The notes: generated by a model not told the origin, from the letters alone. Positions 1-9,581 are shown, counted from the stretch's first letter. The stretch: 64,000 nt of DNA from Bacteroidota bacterium (GCA_023432805.1 JAEYUG010000119.1:32063-96062), one strand, 5' to 3'. Translations and numbers: made by a program.

Positions 1-402
1 GTCGACGAAGGTGGTTTCCACACCGAACTCGCGCATGATCGTGTTGAGCAGCGTGGCGGTGGGACCGTAGACCGATTCGCTGCACACCACATGTTCACCG
101 GCACGCACCATCCCCGCAAACACTGTATGGATGGCCGCCATGCCGCTCGCACAACCAAGCGCCTTGTAGCCGCCTTCGAGTGCGGCGACGCAGTTCTCCA
201 TGGCCTCGACGGTCGGGTTGCGCATGCGCGTGTAGATGTACCCGTCCTCTTCGCCCTTGAACAGGCGGGCGCCGTGGTCGACATCACGGAAGCGGAAGGT
301 GCTGGTCTGATAGATCGGTGTGACCACTGCGCCGTGCGGGTCCTCGCTGCTGCCGGCATGAACGGCAAGGGTTTCGATCGAGTGCTTGTCTGAGGTGTGC
401 AT
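1..402 (-). CDS. PLP-dependent trans-sulfuration family enzyme (methionine gamma-lyase / cystathionine gamma-synthase-like), N-terminal part; runs off the window
   Basis: Absent from the ORF track because it is truncated by the window edge. Reverse translation from the ATG at 402-400 gives MHTSDKHSIETLAVHAGSSEDPHGAVVTPIYQTSTFRF...EDGYIYTRMRNPTVEAMENCVAALEGG...ESVYGPT. This is typical of the Cys/Met-metabolism PLP family. The frame stays open to base 1. Confidence 0.85.
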   Translation of the reverse strand, partial: MHTSDKHSIETLAVHAGSSEDPHGAVVTPIYQTSTFRFRDVDHGARLFKGEEDGYIYTRMRNPTVEAMENCVAALEGGYKALGCASGMAAIHTVFAGMVRAGEHVVCSESVYGPTATLLNTIMREFGVETTFVD

Positions 403-446
403 GAAAGCTCCGTGTTGAATGGCGAATTGTCTATGCGAAGGGATGA

Positions 447-2519
447 TTACTCGAAGAACACCCAGTCCACACCGAAACGGAGTCCACGGTCGGGCATGGG
501 ATGAAAGGAGGTTTGGATTGATCGATCGTCGAGCACATTGACGAACACGAGATGCAGGGTCGCCGACTGTTTGATGGTGGCGAAGAGAAAGAGATCGAGG
601 CGTCCGATATTGGTGTAGCTGCGCGCATCGTCGGGCACGCCGCGCGGCGCGATGCCGAACCAGTCTGCTTCGGGATTGTAGCGCGTCGGATCGAAGGTGG
701 ATGTGGCGGTGTACGCGGCACCGGCACGCACGGCGAGCGTGCCCTCGATCAGCGACCCCCGCCAGGCGAGGGAGGTCGTCGCAGCGAGCCGCGGGGTGAG
801 CACAGGCGCGTTGGCAGGTGCGGCCGTCCAGGCGGCATGTGCCAGGAACTCGAATCCCCAGTGTTCATAGCGCAGGTCGATCGCTCCTCCGGCCGTCTGC
901 CAGACCTCCGGGGTGTTGTCGAACACCGTGGTCAGACGCAGAGCACCAGCACCATCTGTGTCGGGCTGTACCCCGACAGAAATGCGTCGCTGCAGCCGGT
1001 ACTCGTTGGCGAAGGCGCGCGCAGACATGCGCAGCGCGTCGCGATCCCACGTGGCACCGGCCTCGGTGACGATGATGCGATCGCTCGCGGTCGACCGTAC
1101 ACCGATGTCGATCACGCGTGCCCCGGTGTAATGCCGCTCGAACAACGAGGCAGGCCGGTCGGACGCGGAAATCCCGGCCCATGCGTCGAGTCCTTCCATC
1201 AGGGAGAGACGGGCCGAACCACCGATGCCTGCAACAAGACTGCCGAAGACATGATCGGCCCGTGCGGCGCCCTGCAGGTGCACGGGACCCGTATCCGTGG
1301 TCAGCATCGCCGACAGCGTCGTGTTGACACCACTGCGGGTGCCTCCGAGGGCGAGGTCGTCAACAGCGTACCGCTCGAGTGCGGCACCGAGCGTCAACGA
1401 TGCCCATGCGAGCTGCGAGTAGTGCTCCCCATCCATACGGAGTGCATTCCAGTTGCTCTGCCGATCGACCCGCGTGCGTGTCAGTTCCGCTCCCTCGAGG
1501 CGGTCCACAAGGTCGCTGTACCTGCGTCCCCGTACAACATGCTGCAGGCGAATCACGCTTCGATGCGCTCCCGCAGTATCCCATCGCACATCTGCGTCCA
1601 GCATCGCCTCGTTGCGCCACGCCTTCACCACCATGGTGGGATTCACGTACGAGGCGAGCAGGGGATTGAATGCCGTGTCGATGAACGAGGACGTCGATCG
1701 GGATGGAAAGGTCAACCAGGGGGAAGAGGCATCGTCTCGCCATGGCAGCGCCCCGCCGTTCTGCCACGTCGCGTTGTCGTTGTAGGTGTCGCGGAAGCCG
1801 AGCACGACGTGCTCATTCAGCGTCCGCCGGTAGGAGGCGACGGCATCCCATGACTCCACGCGCGCATTCGCAAAGCGTGCGGGATTCCCGATTCCGGACG
1901 TGCCGACTGTCTGCCGGGTCACGTCGATGGACAGCTTGTCGCGCGTACTCGGATCCAGTGCGAACATCACATCGGTGAACAGATAGTCGTAGGGACCTTC
2001 GCTGTGTCGCACCCTCGTGAAGGGACGCGGTGCCTCCAGAGCCGGCGTCGTGCTCTCGAGTGCGAGCACGCTTCCCGGACGACCGTGGTAGAAGGACAGA
2101 TGGGCGGGATGCACGTAGAACGCGTCCATTGCCTCGCTCGGAAGCAGATCAACCTCCGGGCGACCGGTCACGAGATCGTCAAGGTGTGCACCGCCGCGCA
2201 CGGCACTGGTCAGCACCGGTGGAGCACCCTGAAGTCCTGCCCAGGAAGGTGAACCCGGCGTACCTCCGTCGACGCGCACGATCCCCGCGAATGCAGCGAG
2301 CAGATCGCCCGTCCGCATGTAGGGAATCATCGCCGTCGAATCCTTGCCGAGGAGGCGGAGTCCCGCCTGATCCCGCCACGACCGTCGTGCGGACGGCGTC
2401 GCGTGTGGAGAAACGGATGCAGTGCGGACAACGGCCTCCGCCGCGATATCCGTGCTGTCGCTACTCTGCGCACACAGGGACGTGTGCAATGCACTCGCAA
2501 GCAGCAGGTACAGCAGCAT
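447..2519 (-). CDS. Outer-membrane beta-barrel protein with a TonB-dependent-receptor-like plug region
   Basis: This is the C-terminal 690 aa of the 908-aa ORF 447..3173. The ATG at 2519 opens the signal peptide MLLYLLLASALHTSLCA|QSSD. An alternative GTG at 2579 would overlap the upstream stop as GTGA. A plug-like stretch reads GDLLAAFAGIVRVDGG...LQGAPPVLTSAVRGG. The remainder is long and beta-rich, ending LRFGVDWVFFE. Confidence 0.65.
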   Translation of the reverse strand: MLLYLLLASALHTSLCAQSSDSTDIAAEAVVRTASVSPHATPSARRSWRDQAGLRLLGKDSTAMIPYMRTGDLLAAFAGIVRVDGGTPGSPSWAGLQGAPPVLTSAVRGGAHLDDLVTGRPEVDLLPSEAMDAFYVHPAHLSFYHGRPGSVLALESTTPALEAPRPFTRVRHSEGPYDYLFTDVMFALDPSTRDKLSIDVTRQTVGTSGIGNPARFANARVESWDAVASYRRTLNEHVVLGFRDTYNDNATWQNGGALPWRDDASSPWLTFPSRSTSSFIDTAFNPLLASYVNPTMVVKAWRNEAMLDADVRWDTAGAHRSVIRLQHVVRGRRYSDLVDRLEGAELTRTRVDRQSNWNALRMDGEHYSQLAWASLTLGAALERYAVDDLALGGTRSGVNTTLSAMLTTDTGPVHLQGAARADHVFGSLVAGIGGSARLSLMEGLDAWAGISASDRPASLFERHYTGARVIDIGVRSTASDRIIVTEAGATWDRDALRMSARAFANEYRLQRRISVGVQPDTDGAGALRLTTVFDNTPEVWQTAGGAIDLRYEHWGFEFLAHAAWTAAPANAPVLTPRLAATTSLAWRGSLIEGTLAVRAGAAYTATSTFDPTRYNPEADWFGIAPRGVPDDARSYTNIGRLDLFLFATIKQSATLHLVFVNVLDDRSIQTSFHPMPDRGLRFGVDWVFFE

Positions 2520-2575
2520 GCGCGATGGAACGCATCGTGTCAGATCTCGTCGCAGTGCGGCGCAGGCAGGGATCC

Positions 2576-3595
2576 TCACCGCAGCCTCCTTCGAGTCGTG
2601 ACGCGATCCTTCACTTGTTCGAGCCAGCGCACCGCCCGGGAGCGGCGGAAGCGTACAACATCGTAGTGCACGACCGAGCCGCCGAACAGGAACTTGAAAT
2701 CCGAGACGCCCACGGTGTTGGCTCCCATAAAATCGAAGATGCGCATGCCGCGTTCGGCGTGCAGCCGCATGATCTCCCAGACAAGCCAGTGCGACGCCGC
2801 GGCGTGCACGCTGCCAGCGCCCATGCCCGCCATCCAGTCGTAGACGGTGTCGCCGTCGCACATCACCACGCGGGCCGCGCGCGCGCGACCGTCGCCATCG
2901 CGGGCGACATACTGGGTGATGAGCCGCTCCTCCTGCAACATCGAAAGCCAGGCGGCAAGCTGCGTGGTCGCGACCGGTGGACGCATGCCGTGCCGCGCGT
3001 AACTCTCCTCGTGCATGCCGGCGATGATCGACAGATCGTCGCTTGTCGTGCAGACGAGCATGGCGTCTTCGGCACGGCGGATCTTGCGTCGCAGTGACTG
3101 GCTGAACTCCCGCCACGTCGGGTCGATGGTGTCGATGGGAATGCGCACGGTGCGCTGCGCAATGCGTTCCCACCCGCGCGACTCGGCGATCGCGCCCGCG
3201 CGGCTTCCGACGGGAAGCGGCAGTGTCGCAAAGAACGTCTTCCGCTCGATGTGCGAGAAAAGCGCCTCGACCGCGCTGTCGGAAAATCCGCCGGCCGATG
3301 CATACATCCCCTGATACAGAGTGATCGGAAGTGCGGTTACTATAGGGAAGGGTCCGCGATGCCGCACGAGCAGGGGAATACCGGCCTCATGCGCATGCGC
3401 ATCCGCTGCTCCCGGTCGATCCTTCGCATGTGGCGCCGCATCTCCGGGCGCGAGCAGGTAGACGGGGTGCCCCCCGAACACGCGCGCGGCACAGCGCAGC
3501 CAGCGCGATGAGCCGAACACGGTCGCATCGGGACAGCGCGCGTGGAATGCATCCCACGTGGCTTCGGAGACGATGGTTGCGACCGGTCGCGTCAC
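2576..3595 (-). CDS. FemAB-like / GNAT-fold acyl- or aminoacyl-transferase
   Basis: 339 aa. The C-terminal half (DWMAGMGAGS...HWLVWEIMRLHAERGMRIFDFMGANTVGVSDFKFLFGG) resembles the FemAB / Acetyltransf_6 (CelD-like) family. The GTG start overlaps the upstream stop (GTGA at 3592-3595). Confidence 0.7.
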   Translation of the reverse strand: MTRPVATIVSEATWDAFHARCPDATVFGSSRWLRCAARVFGGHPVYLLAPGDAAPHAKDRPGAADAHAHEAGIPLLVRHRGPFPIVTALPITLYQGMYASAGGFSDSAVEALFSHIERKTFFATLPLPVGSRAGAIAESRGWERIAQRTVRIPIDTIDPTWREFSQSLRRKIRRAEDAMLVCTTSDDLSIIAGMHEESYARHGMRPPVATTQLAAWLSMLQEERLITQYVARDGDGRARAARVVMCDGDTVYDWMAGMGAGSVHAAASHWLVWEIMRLHAERGMRIFDFMGANTVGVSDFKFLFGGSVVHYDVVRFRRSRAVRWLEQVKDRVTTRRRLR

Positions 3596-4542
3596 TCCGT
3601 ACGGGGGGTGAAATTGTTGGTGATGGTTGCCTGCGCGATCATCGCGTTGATGCGTGCGACGTATTCGGTCGCGAAGGCCATCTGCGGACCCGCGTCGAGT
3701 GTCGATGTCACATGCGCGGCGAGCTCCTTGTTCAACGCCGAGATCTTCTCACGTGCGGAGGGATCGATGAACAGCGCCCAGAGCTGTGAAATTTCAAAGA
3801 CGCGGTACATCCCGCTGAGGTAGCGCTCCTCCTCGGTCTCCGCGGCACGCCTGCCTGCCTCGAACTGCTCTTCGATCGTGAGAAAGGCTTCGGCGTACAA
3901 CGAATCGCGATCGATCGTGCGCATGATGTCACGCACGAGCAGGTACATCGACTCGGCCATGAGTGCGACGGGCTCGATTGCGACGGTCGATGTCTTCAGC
4001 GAGGTGATCACGCGCGTGTTCATCTCGTCGAGGCGGCGCATGCGCTCGTCGTCGTCGTTGAAGCGCATCTTGTAGACGATGCCGTACAGGGTGTAGAGAC
4101 TGACCACCCCATCGGTGATGCGCCGTGCGTTGGTGCTGCGCAGGGAGTCAGCGGCGTGCAGCTTCTGGCGCTCGGCGAGTACTTCGTCGCCGTACATGCC
4201 TGTGTTGTCGAGCGCGCGGGCGGTGACCACCAGTGCCTCGAAGGCCGCACGTTCTGCTGCGATCAGATGCTCGCTCACGTCGTCGCGCGTAATCGCTGCG
4301 ATCGCAGCCGACACTGCCTCCACATCCGTACCCAGATTCGTCCGCAGCGCAACGCGGCGCGCCGAATCCGCGGCCGCTGCGGCGACAGTGGAATCAGTCG
4401 ATCCGAGACGGGAGTCCTGCGCATGCGAGCAGCTCGCGCAGGCAAGCAGGCAAAGCAGCGGAAGCAGCCTGAGCAGGCGTGATCGGCCGGCTGATGGATG
4501 GCCGTGACCGGCAGGGGACGAAGGTGTGCAACGATTCGGCAT
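3592..4542 (-). CDS. Hypothetical lipoprotein, predicted all-alpha
   Basis: 316 aa. Signal peptide plus lipobox: RLLRLLPLLCLLACASC. The rest is Ala/Glu/Arg-rich and looks helical. I recognise no family. Confidence 0.55.
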   Translation of the reverse strand: MPNRCTPSSPAGHGHPSAGRSRLLRLLPLLCLLACASCSHAQDSRLGSTDSTVAAAAADSARRVALRTNLGTDVEAVSAAIAAITRDDVSEHLIAAERAAFEALVVTARALDNTGMYGDEVLAERQKLHAADSLRSTNARRITDGVVSLYTLYGIVYKMRFNDDDERMRRLDEMNTRVITSLKTSTVAIEPVALMAESMYLLVRDIMRTIDRDSLYAEAFLTIEEQFEAGRRAAETEEERYLSGMYRVFEISQLWALFIDPSAREKISALNKELAAHVTSTLDAGPQMAFATEYVARINAMIAQATITNNFTPRTE

Positions 4543-4548
4543 GGATTG

Positions 4549-5553
4549 TCAGGACGGTGATGTGAGTGACGCGATGATGAGACGGATGGTCGATCGGAAG
4601 GTCGCGTAGGGCGAGTGTGCCTCCTGCACGCCTCCGAAGGCGTGGATCACCACTCCCGTGCGTGGGACCACCACGCGCCAGAGCTCGCCGGTGAGCGGTA
4701 CTGCATCCGGAAGCGTTGCGGATACGGGTTCCGCAATCACGAGCGAATCAGCTGCCGCGGTCGTGTCGGGGGCCATGCGTTCGGTACCGAGCCAGATGCG
4801 GACAGAGGCTTCCCTCTGCATGCTGGCGGGATTCATGTACGAAAGCTCGACGCCCTGGCGCGGTGACGCCTCCCCCGGTACGCGGAAGCTTGCCGCATCA
4901 ACCGCATCCCACGTGACGGGATACAAGACCTGCATCTGCAGCACGCGGCTCATCAACGCAGACATGCCTTCGTCTTTCAAACGCCTGCCGAAGCCCTGCT
5001 CCTGCTGCCACCAGCCGCGCTCCCAGTTGCCGCCGTCGCCGAAGGGTACGCGCCAGGCGTTGCGCTGCCGCAGCAGGAAGAACGATCCGATGGATTCGAT
5101 GCGCGCACCCTGGGTCTCGACCACGAAGGTTGCCGTGACGACCGCGCGTGTCGTGTCGCGCGTATCGATGTCGAGCACATCCACACGCGAGAAGCGGTAG
5201 CGGAACGGCGCAGTGTCCAGGTCGCGATTGCGCTGGAACCAGCCGGCGAACTGCGCACCACTGCGCACGCCGAGTCCCGCCAACGCTGTGCGCGTCCGGT
5301 CGCTGACAAGCGCGTAGCCCGCGCTGACATCCGCCCCGGGTGCGAGCGCCGACATCCATTTCGTGAACACGTCCCGTGCCTCCCGGTACAGCACCAGATC
5401 GCGGGGGAGGGTGGTCGGTGTTCCGATTTCGTCGGGATGTATTTCGCGCTTGCCGCCGCATCCGGCAGGTGCAATGCCCAGCACGACCGCCACCACGAGG
5501 GGAAGCCACCGTGTGGCGCTGCATCGGATGCGCGTCCGTCGGTGCATGATCAT
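4549..5553 (-). CDS. Hypothetical lipoprotein
   Basis: 334 aa. Signal peptide plus lipobox: RWLPLVVAVVLGIAPAGCGG. The ATG overlaps the stop of the upstream L,D-transpeptidase (ATGA at 5550-5553). I recognise no family; the N-terminal half may be NTF2-like (guess). Confidence 0.55.
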   Translation of the reverse strand: MIMHRRTRIRCSATRWLPLVVAVVLGIAPAGCGGKREIHPDEIGTPTTLPRDLVLYREARDVFTKWMSALAPGADVSAGYALVSDRTRTALAGLGVRSGAQFAGWFQRNRDLDTAPFRYRFSRVDVLDIDTRDTTRAVVTATFVVETQGARIESIGSFFLLRQRNAWRVPFGDGGNWERGWWQQEQGFGRRLKDEGMSALMSRVLQMQVLYPVTWDAVDAASFRVPGEASPRQGVELSYMNPASMQREASVRIWLGTERMAPDTTAAADSLVIAEPVSATLPDAVPLTGELWRVVVPRTGVVIHAFGGVQEAHSPYATFRSTIRLIIASLTSPS

Positions 5554-6521
5554 GGGAGAATGGTCTCCTCCATGTTGGCCGGCTGCCCGGGTTCTGATCG
5601 CGTGATCTGCGTCATGTCGCCCGGGCGTTCGCGCATGCGTGCAGCCAGCAGCCGGTCGTTGTTGGGTGAGGGAATGCGCTGCCTGCGGGGGAGGCGCTCA
5701 GCGTCGCCGATCGGAATGCCCTCGTGGCGGATGTAGCTGCGCGCGAGTGGAACGACGGGCGTGGAGAGGAACAAGCGCTGGCCGCGGTATAGGGCGTGCA
5801 GTCTGCGTTCATGCATGGCGAGCACCGTTGAAGCGGGGACGCTCAGAGGTGCCGTGGTGGTGTCCGGCGTGAAGGCCACGGTGCGTGCGTAGGAACCGTC
5901 ATGCACGAACACCGGCGTGCCGACCGTCACCGAGCGCCAGAGCGCTCCGGCCGCACTGTCGCTCATGCGGATGCATCCGTGGCTCGAGGGACGACGACCC
6001 AGATGCCGGTAGTACCCGCGTCCCGCCAGTGAATGGAAGCCGATACCGAAGTTGTACCCGAGCCAGTTGTACACCTTCGCCGAGTCGAACTGCAGCGAGT
6101 ACAACATGGAGATTTTGTTCTGGATGAGGAAGATTCCTTTCCGCGTTTCGATGCCCCGTGTGAGTGCGCTCGTGCCGGTCGAGACGGGCATCGAGTCGAG
6201 TACGCCCCCACGACGGTGCACGTAGAGCATCTGCCGCCGGAGGTGCACCTCGAGGAAGGCGGGCATGGTTGTGTAGACGGTATCGATGGCGGGACCGATT
6301 GCAGAGAGAAATGTCGTACGCACCGTAGTCGATGTCGCGGCATGCACGCGGCCTTCCCCCCGCATCCAGAATCCAGACAGGCTCAGCACGACGAGCGCCC
6401 CCGCAGCTGCCAGCACGGCGCTGCCGAGTACCTTTGCGCGGAGGCGGTGATGATACATGCGTTTCTGTTCGAAGGGATCCGGCATGGGGCGCGGTATCTG
6501 CAACCTGTCTGTTGAATGCAA
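5550..6521 (-). CDS. L,D-transpeptidase (YkuD/ErfK family), N-terminal membrane anchor
   Basis: 323 aa. Catalytic motif GFHSLAGRGYYRHLGRRPSSHGCIRMS (His...SHGC). TM segment VLGSAVLAAAGALVVLSLSGF. Confidence 0.85.
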   Translation of the reverse strand: MHSTDRLQIPRPMPDPFEQKRMYHHRLRAKVLGSAVLAAAGALVVLSLSGFWMRGEGRVHAATSTTVRTTFLSAIGPAIDTVYTTMPAFLEVHLRRQMLYVHRRGGVLDSMPVSTGTSALTRGIETRKGIFLIQNKISMLYSLQFDSAKVYNWLGYNFGIGFHSLAGRGYYRHLGRRPSSHGCIRMSDSAAGALWRSVTVGTPVFVHDGSYARTVAFTPDTTTAPLSVPASTVLAMHERRLHALYRGQRLFLSTPVVPLARSYIRHEGIPIGDAERLPRRQRIPSPNNDRLLAARMRERPGDMTQITRSEPGQPANMEETILP

Positions 6522-6577
6522 TCACGCAAACTACCGAAAGCACCGCACGTGATCAAGGTGGAGGCTTCCCCTGTTTC

Positions 6578-6608
6578 TTGACTTTATACCCCCTCGTCCA
6601 TACCTTTG
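6578..6608 (+). promoter_or_regulatory. Candidate Bacteroidetes-type sigma-A promoter for efp (cTTG-N20-TAccTTTG)
   Basis: TTG at 6578-6580, a 20-nt spacer, then TACCTTTG at 6601-6608, about 46 nt before the efp ATG. Matches the TTTG...TAnnTTTG (-33/-7) pattern described for Bacteroidetes. Confidence 0.3.
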
Positions 6609-6653
6609 TCTTGCTCTGGCATTTTCCACTTTTCCTTCACCATCATCTCTTTT

Positions 6654-7214
6654 ATGGGCTCCACTACGGATTTCCGCAACGGACTGGTCATACGGTTCAA
6701 CGGCGAACTGCATCAGATCGTCGAATGGCGTCATCACAAACCCGGCAAGGGGGGAGCGATGGTGCAGACGAAACTCAAGAACATGCGCACCGGTGCGAGT
6801 TTCGAGAACCGCTTCCGCCCTGGCGAGAACGTCGACGTCGTGCGCCTTGAGCGTCGCCAGTACCAGTATCTCTACCCCGAGGGCGACGAGCTGTGTTTCA
6901 TGGATCAGGAGACGTACGAGCAGATCCATGTCACGCGCGAGATCTTCGGCGATGCAGTGCGTTTCCTCAAGGAAGGCACGGTCTGCCAGATCGCACTCGA
7001 TGGTGAACTGCCGGTTGAAGGTGAAATGCCGATCACAGTGGAACTGAAGGTGACCGAGACGGAACCCGGTGTGCGCGGCGATACCGCGACGGGAGGCAAG
7101 AAGACCGCCATTGTCGAGACGGGCGCATCGGTGACCGTGCCCCTGTTCATCGAGCAGGACGAAGTCCTCAAGATCGACACGCGCACGGGCGAGTATCTCG
7201 AACGTGTCAAGTAA
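6654..7214 (+). CDS. efp: Translation elongation factor P
   Basis: Internal ATG of ORF 6606..7214. MGSTTDFRNGLVIRFNGELHQIVEWRHHKPGKGGAMVQTKLKNMRTG is a textbook EF-P N-terminus. 186 aa. Confidence 0.95.
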   Translation: MGSTTDFRNGLVIRFNGELHQIVEWRHHKPGKGGAMVQTKLKNMRTGASFENRFRPGENVDVVRLERRQYQYLYPEGDELCFMDQETYEQIHVTREIFGDAVRFLKEGTVCQIALDGELPVEGEMPITVELKVTETEPGVRGDTATGGKKTAIVETGASVTVPLFIEQDEVLKIDTRTGEYLERVK

Positions 7215-7244
7215 GAACCTCGGATCACCAACGCGGAGCGTGCC

Positions 7245-7724
7245 ATGGATTTGAACTACATACGTCGTCTGGTCAAACTCGTAACCGAATCGGAAATCGG
7301 GGAAATCGAAATCGAGCAGGACAACACGCGCGTACGCATCACGCGCGCAGTTGCGGTTGCACCACAGGTGCTTCAGTACGCGGCACCCGTGCCGGCGCCC
7401 GCCGCACCTGCGGCCCCTGCCACTGATGCACCTCGCGAAGGCGCACACGTCCCGGCACACGTCCAACATGCGGACGACAGCGCATACGAAAAGATTCTCT
7501 CGCCCATCGTCGGAACATTTTACCGGGCATCGACTCCTGAAGCGGATCCCTTCGTGCAGGTAGGGCAGATGATCTCGCCGGGAAACACGCTGTGCATCAT
7601 CGAAGCCATGAAGATCATGAATGAGATCGAGGCCGAGATTCCCGGACGCATCGTTAAGATTTTCGTCGAGAACGGCCAGGCCGTCGAGTACAACCAGCCG
7701 CTGTTCCTCGTCGATCCTGCCTGA
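7245..7724 (+). CDS. accB: Acetyl-CoA carboxylase biotin carboxyl carrier protein
   Basis: 159 aa. Ala/Pro-rich linker and the biotinylation motif CIIEAMKIMNEIEAE. Confidence 0.95.
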   Translation: MDLNYIRRLVKLVTESEIGEIEIEQDNTRVRITRAVAVAPQVLQYAAPVPAPAAPAAPATDAPREGAHVPAHVQHADDSAYEKILSPIVGTFYRASTPEADPFVQVGQMISPGNTLCIIEAMKIMNEIEAEIPGRIVKIFVENGQAVEYNQPLFLVDPA

Positions 7725-7775
7725 ACCGCAGCGAGTGGCCCTCGTGTGCACACCATCCACCAAGCCTGAGCTGCC

Positions 7776-9107
7776 GTGTTTACGAAGATCCTGATCGCCA
7801 ATCGGGGAGAGATCGCTCTCCGCATCATCCGCACCTGCCGCGAACTCGGTGTGAAAACCGTAGCGGTGTATTCCACAGCGGATGAGGATTCGCTTCATGT
7901 CCGTTTCGCAGACGAGGCAGTGTGCATCGGTCCCCCGACCGGTCGCGAGAGCTACCTGAACATTCCCCGCATCATCGCTGCCGCCGAAATCACCGGTGCG
8001 GAAGCCATCCATCCTGGATATGGGTTTCTGGCTGAGAACGAGAGTTTTGCCGAAATCTGCAGCGACTCGGGGTTCGTGTTCATCGGTCCCACCGCTGAGA
8101 TGATCCACCTCATGGGCAACAAGAGTCTGGCGAAGGATACGGTCAAGCGCGCTCAGGTGCCGACGGTGCCCGGAAGTGACGGTATCGTCGAGACGCTCGA
8201 GCAGGGACTCGCCATCGTCCAGGACATCCCCTTTCCGGTCATCATCAAGGCATCCGCTGGTGGCGGAGGGAAGGGCATGCGCATCGTGCGGGATCTCGAG
8301 TCTTTCGAGAAGAACTACACGATGGCGCGCAATGAGGCGGAGAAGGCCTTCGGCAACGGCGAGGTGTATATCGAAAAGTACATCGAGCGTCCCCGTCACA
8401 TCGAGATCCAGATTCTCGGCGACAAGCACGGCAACGTCATCCACCTCGGCGAACGCGATTGCTCGATCCAGCGTCGACATCAGAAGCTGATCGAGGAGAG
8501 TCCCTCGCCCGCGGTAACGCCCGAATTGCGTGCGCGCATGGGCGAGGCGGCCATTGCCGCGGCGAAGAGCATCAACTACGAAGGCGCGGGCACGATCGAG
8601 TTTCTGCTCGATGCCAGCGGGTATTTCTATTTCATGGAGATGAATACGCGCATCCAGGTCGAGCATCCCGTCACCGAGGAGGTCACGGGCGTCGATCTTA
8701 TTCGTCAGCAGCTGCGCATTGCAGCCGGCGAACCGATCGATGTCGAGGTGCGTGCACCCAGGGGACACGCGATCGAGTGCCGCATCAATGCAGAGGATCC
8801 CGACCATGATTTTCGTCCGTCCCCGGGGGTGATCCAGAGCTGGCATCAACCGAGCGGCTTCGGCGTGCGTGTCGATTCCCATGCGTATCAGGGGTATCGC
8901 ATTCCCTCGCACTATGATTCGATGATCGCCAAGCTGATCGTCTACGGTGAAACCCGTGAAGAGGCGATCGCACGCATGCGCAGTGCGCTCGACGAATTCG
9001 TGATCGAGGGTGTGCACACGACCATCCCGTTTCACCGTCGCGTCATGCGCGACGCCGCCTTCGGGGCCGGCAACTTCGATACGCACTTTCTCGAAACATT
9101 CGACTGA
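7776..9107 (+). CDS. accC: Acetyl-CoA carboxylase biotin carboxylase subunit
   Basis: 443 aa, GTG start. [22 protein letters not shown]...[10 protein letters not shown]...[15 protein letters not shown]. Shows the conserved efp-accB-accC order. Confidence 0.97.
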   Translation: MFTKILIANRGEIALRIIRTCRELGVKTVAVYSTADEDSLHVRFADEAVCIGPPTGRESYLNIPRIIAAAEITGAEAIHPGYGFLAENESFAEICSDSGFVFIGPTAEMIHLMGNKSLAKDTVKRAQVPTVPGSDGIVETLEQGLAIVQDIPFPVIIKASAGGGGKGMRIVRDLESFEKNYTMARNEAEKAFGNGEVYIEKYIERPRHIEIQILGDKHGNVIHLGERDCSIQRRHQKLIEESPSPAVTPELRARMGEAAIAAAKSINYEGAGTIEFLLDASGYFYFMEMNTRIQVEHPVTEEVTGVDLIRQQLRIAAGEPIDVEVRAPRGHAIECRINAEDPDHDFRPSPGVIQSWHQPSGFGVRVDSHAYQGYRIPSHYDSMIAKLIVYGETREEAIARMRSALDEFVIEGVHTTIPFHRRVMRDAAFGAGNFDTHFLETFD

Positions 9108-9154
9108 GCCGCTCGACGTCTCTTCGTTCCATCCCATACACCCAGGAGCACATC

Positions 9155-9532
9155 ATGACTTTTCCCGAGGATCTCAAGTACACCGATTCGCATGAGTGGG
9201 TGCGCGTCGAGGGCGACACCGCCACGATTGGTATCACGGAATTCGCACAAGGGGAACTTGGCGACGTCGTGTTCGTCGACATTCCCGAGCTCAAGGCCGT
9301 CGCCGCCGGCGACATTTTCGGTTCGATCGAGGCTGTGAAGACCGTTTCCGATCTTATCGCACCGCTCGCAGGTACCATCACCGAAATCAATCCCGATCTC
9401 GAGGGCGCACCGGAGCTCGTCAATCAGGATCCCTACGGCAAGGGCTGGATGGTACGCATGAGCATCGCAGATGCCGCCGGGCTCGGATCGCTGATGGATG
9501 CCGCTGCCTATGCGGCCCTGATCGGCAAATAA
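9155..9532 (+). CDS. gcvH: Glycine cleavage system H protein (lipoyl carrier)
   Basis: 125 aa. [26 protein letters not shown]...[12 protein letters not shown] (lipoyl-Lys motif). AGGAG ribosome-binding site upstream. Confidence 0.95.
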   Translation: MTFPEDLKYTDSHEWVRVEGDTATIGITEFAQGELGDVVFVDIPELKAVAAGDIFGSIEAVKTVSDLIAPLAGTITEINPDLEGAPELVNQDPYGKGWMVRMSIADAAGLGSLMDAAAYAALIGK

Positions 9533-9553
9533 GATCCCTGCATCCGTTTCCTT

Positions 9554-9581
9554 CGCGCGCCTTCTTCCACGGGGGCGCGCG
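9554..9581 (+). terminator. GC-rich hairpin after gcvH (possible weak intrinsic terminator)
   Basis: CGCGCGCC (9554-9561) pairs with GGCGCGCG (9574-9581) across a 12-nt loop. No clear T-tract follows, so termination is uncertain. Confidence 0.25.

Noticed and set aside
91-393. A 100-aa plus-strand ORF at the left edge.
   Set aside because: It is antisense to the clearly recognisable PLP trans-sulfuration enzyme gene (1..402, minus strand).
2520-3173. An N-terminal 218-aa extension of the 908-aa ORF 447..3173.
   Set aside because: The extension overlaps the FemAB-like gene in another frame and is Arg/His-rich nonsense. A proper signal peptide begins at the ATG at 2519, or at the GTG at 2579.
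6531-9137. An 868-aa stop-free ORF on the minus strand spanning efp, accB and accC.
   Set aside because: It is codon-for-codon antisense to three genes that all share one frame (their starts 6654, 7245 and 7776 are all divisible by 3). In that register a stop arises only opposite TTA, CTA or TCA codons, which high-GC genes avoid. Its translation is low-complexity Arg/Asp/His/Gly-rich with no recognisable motifs. The sense genes are unambiguous.
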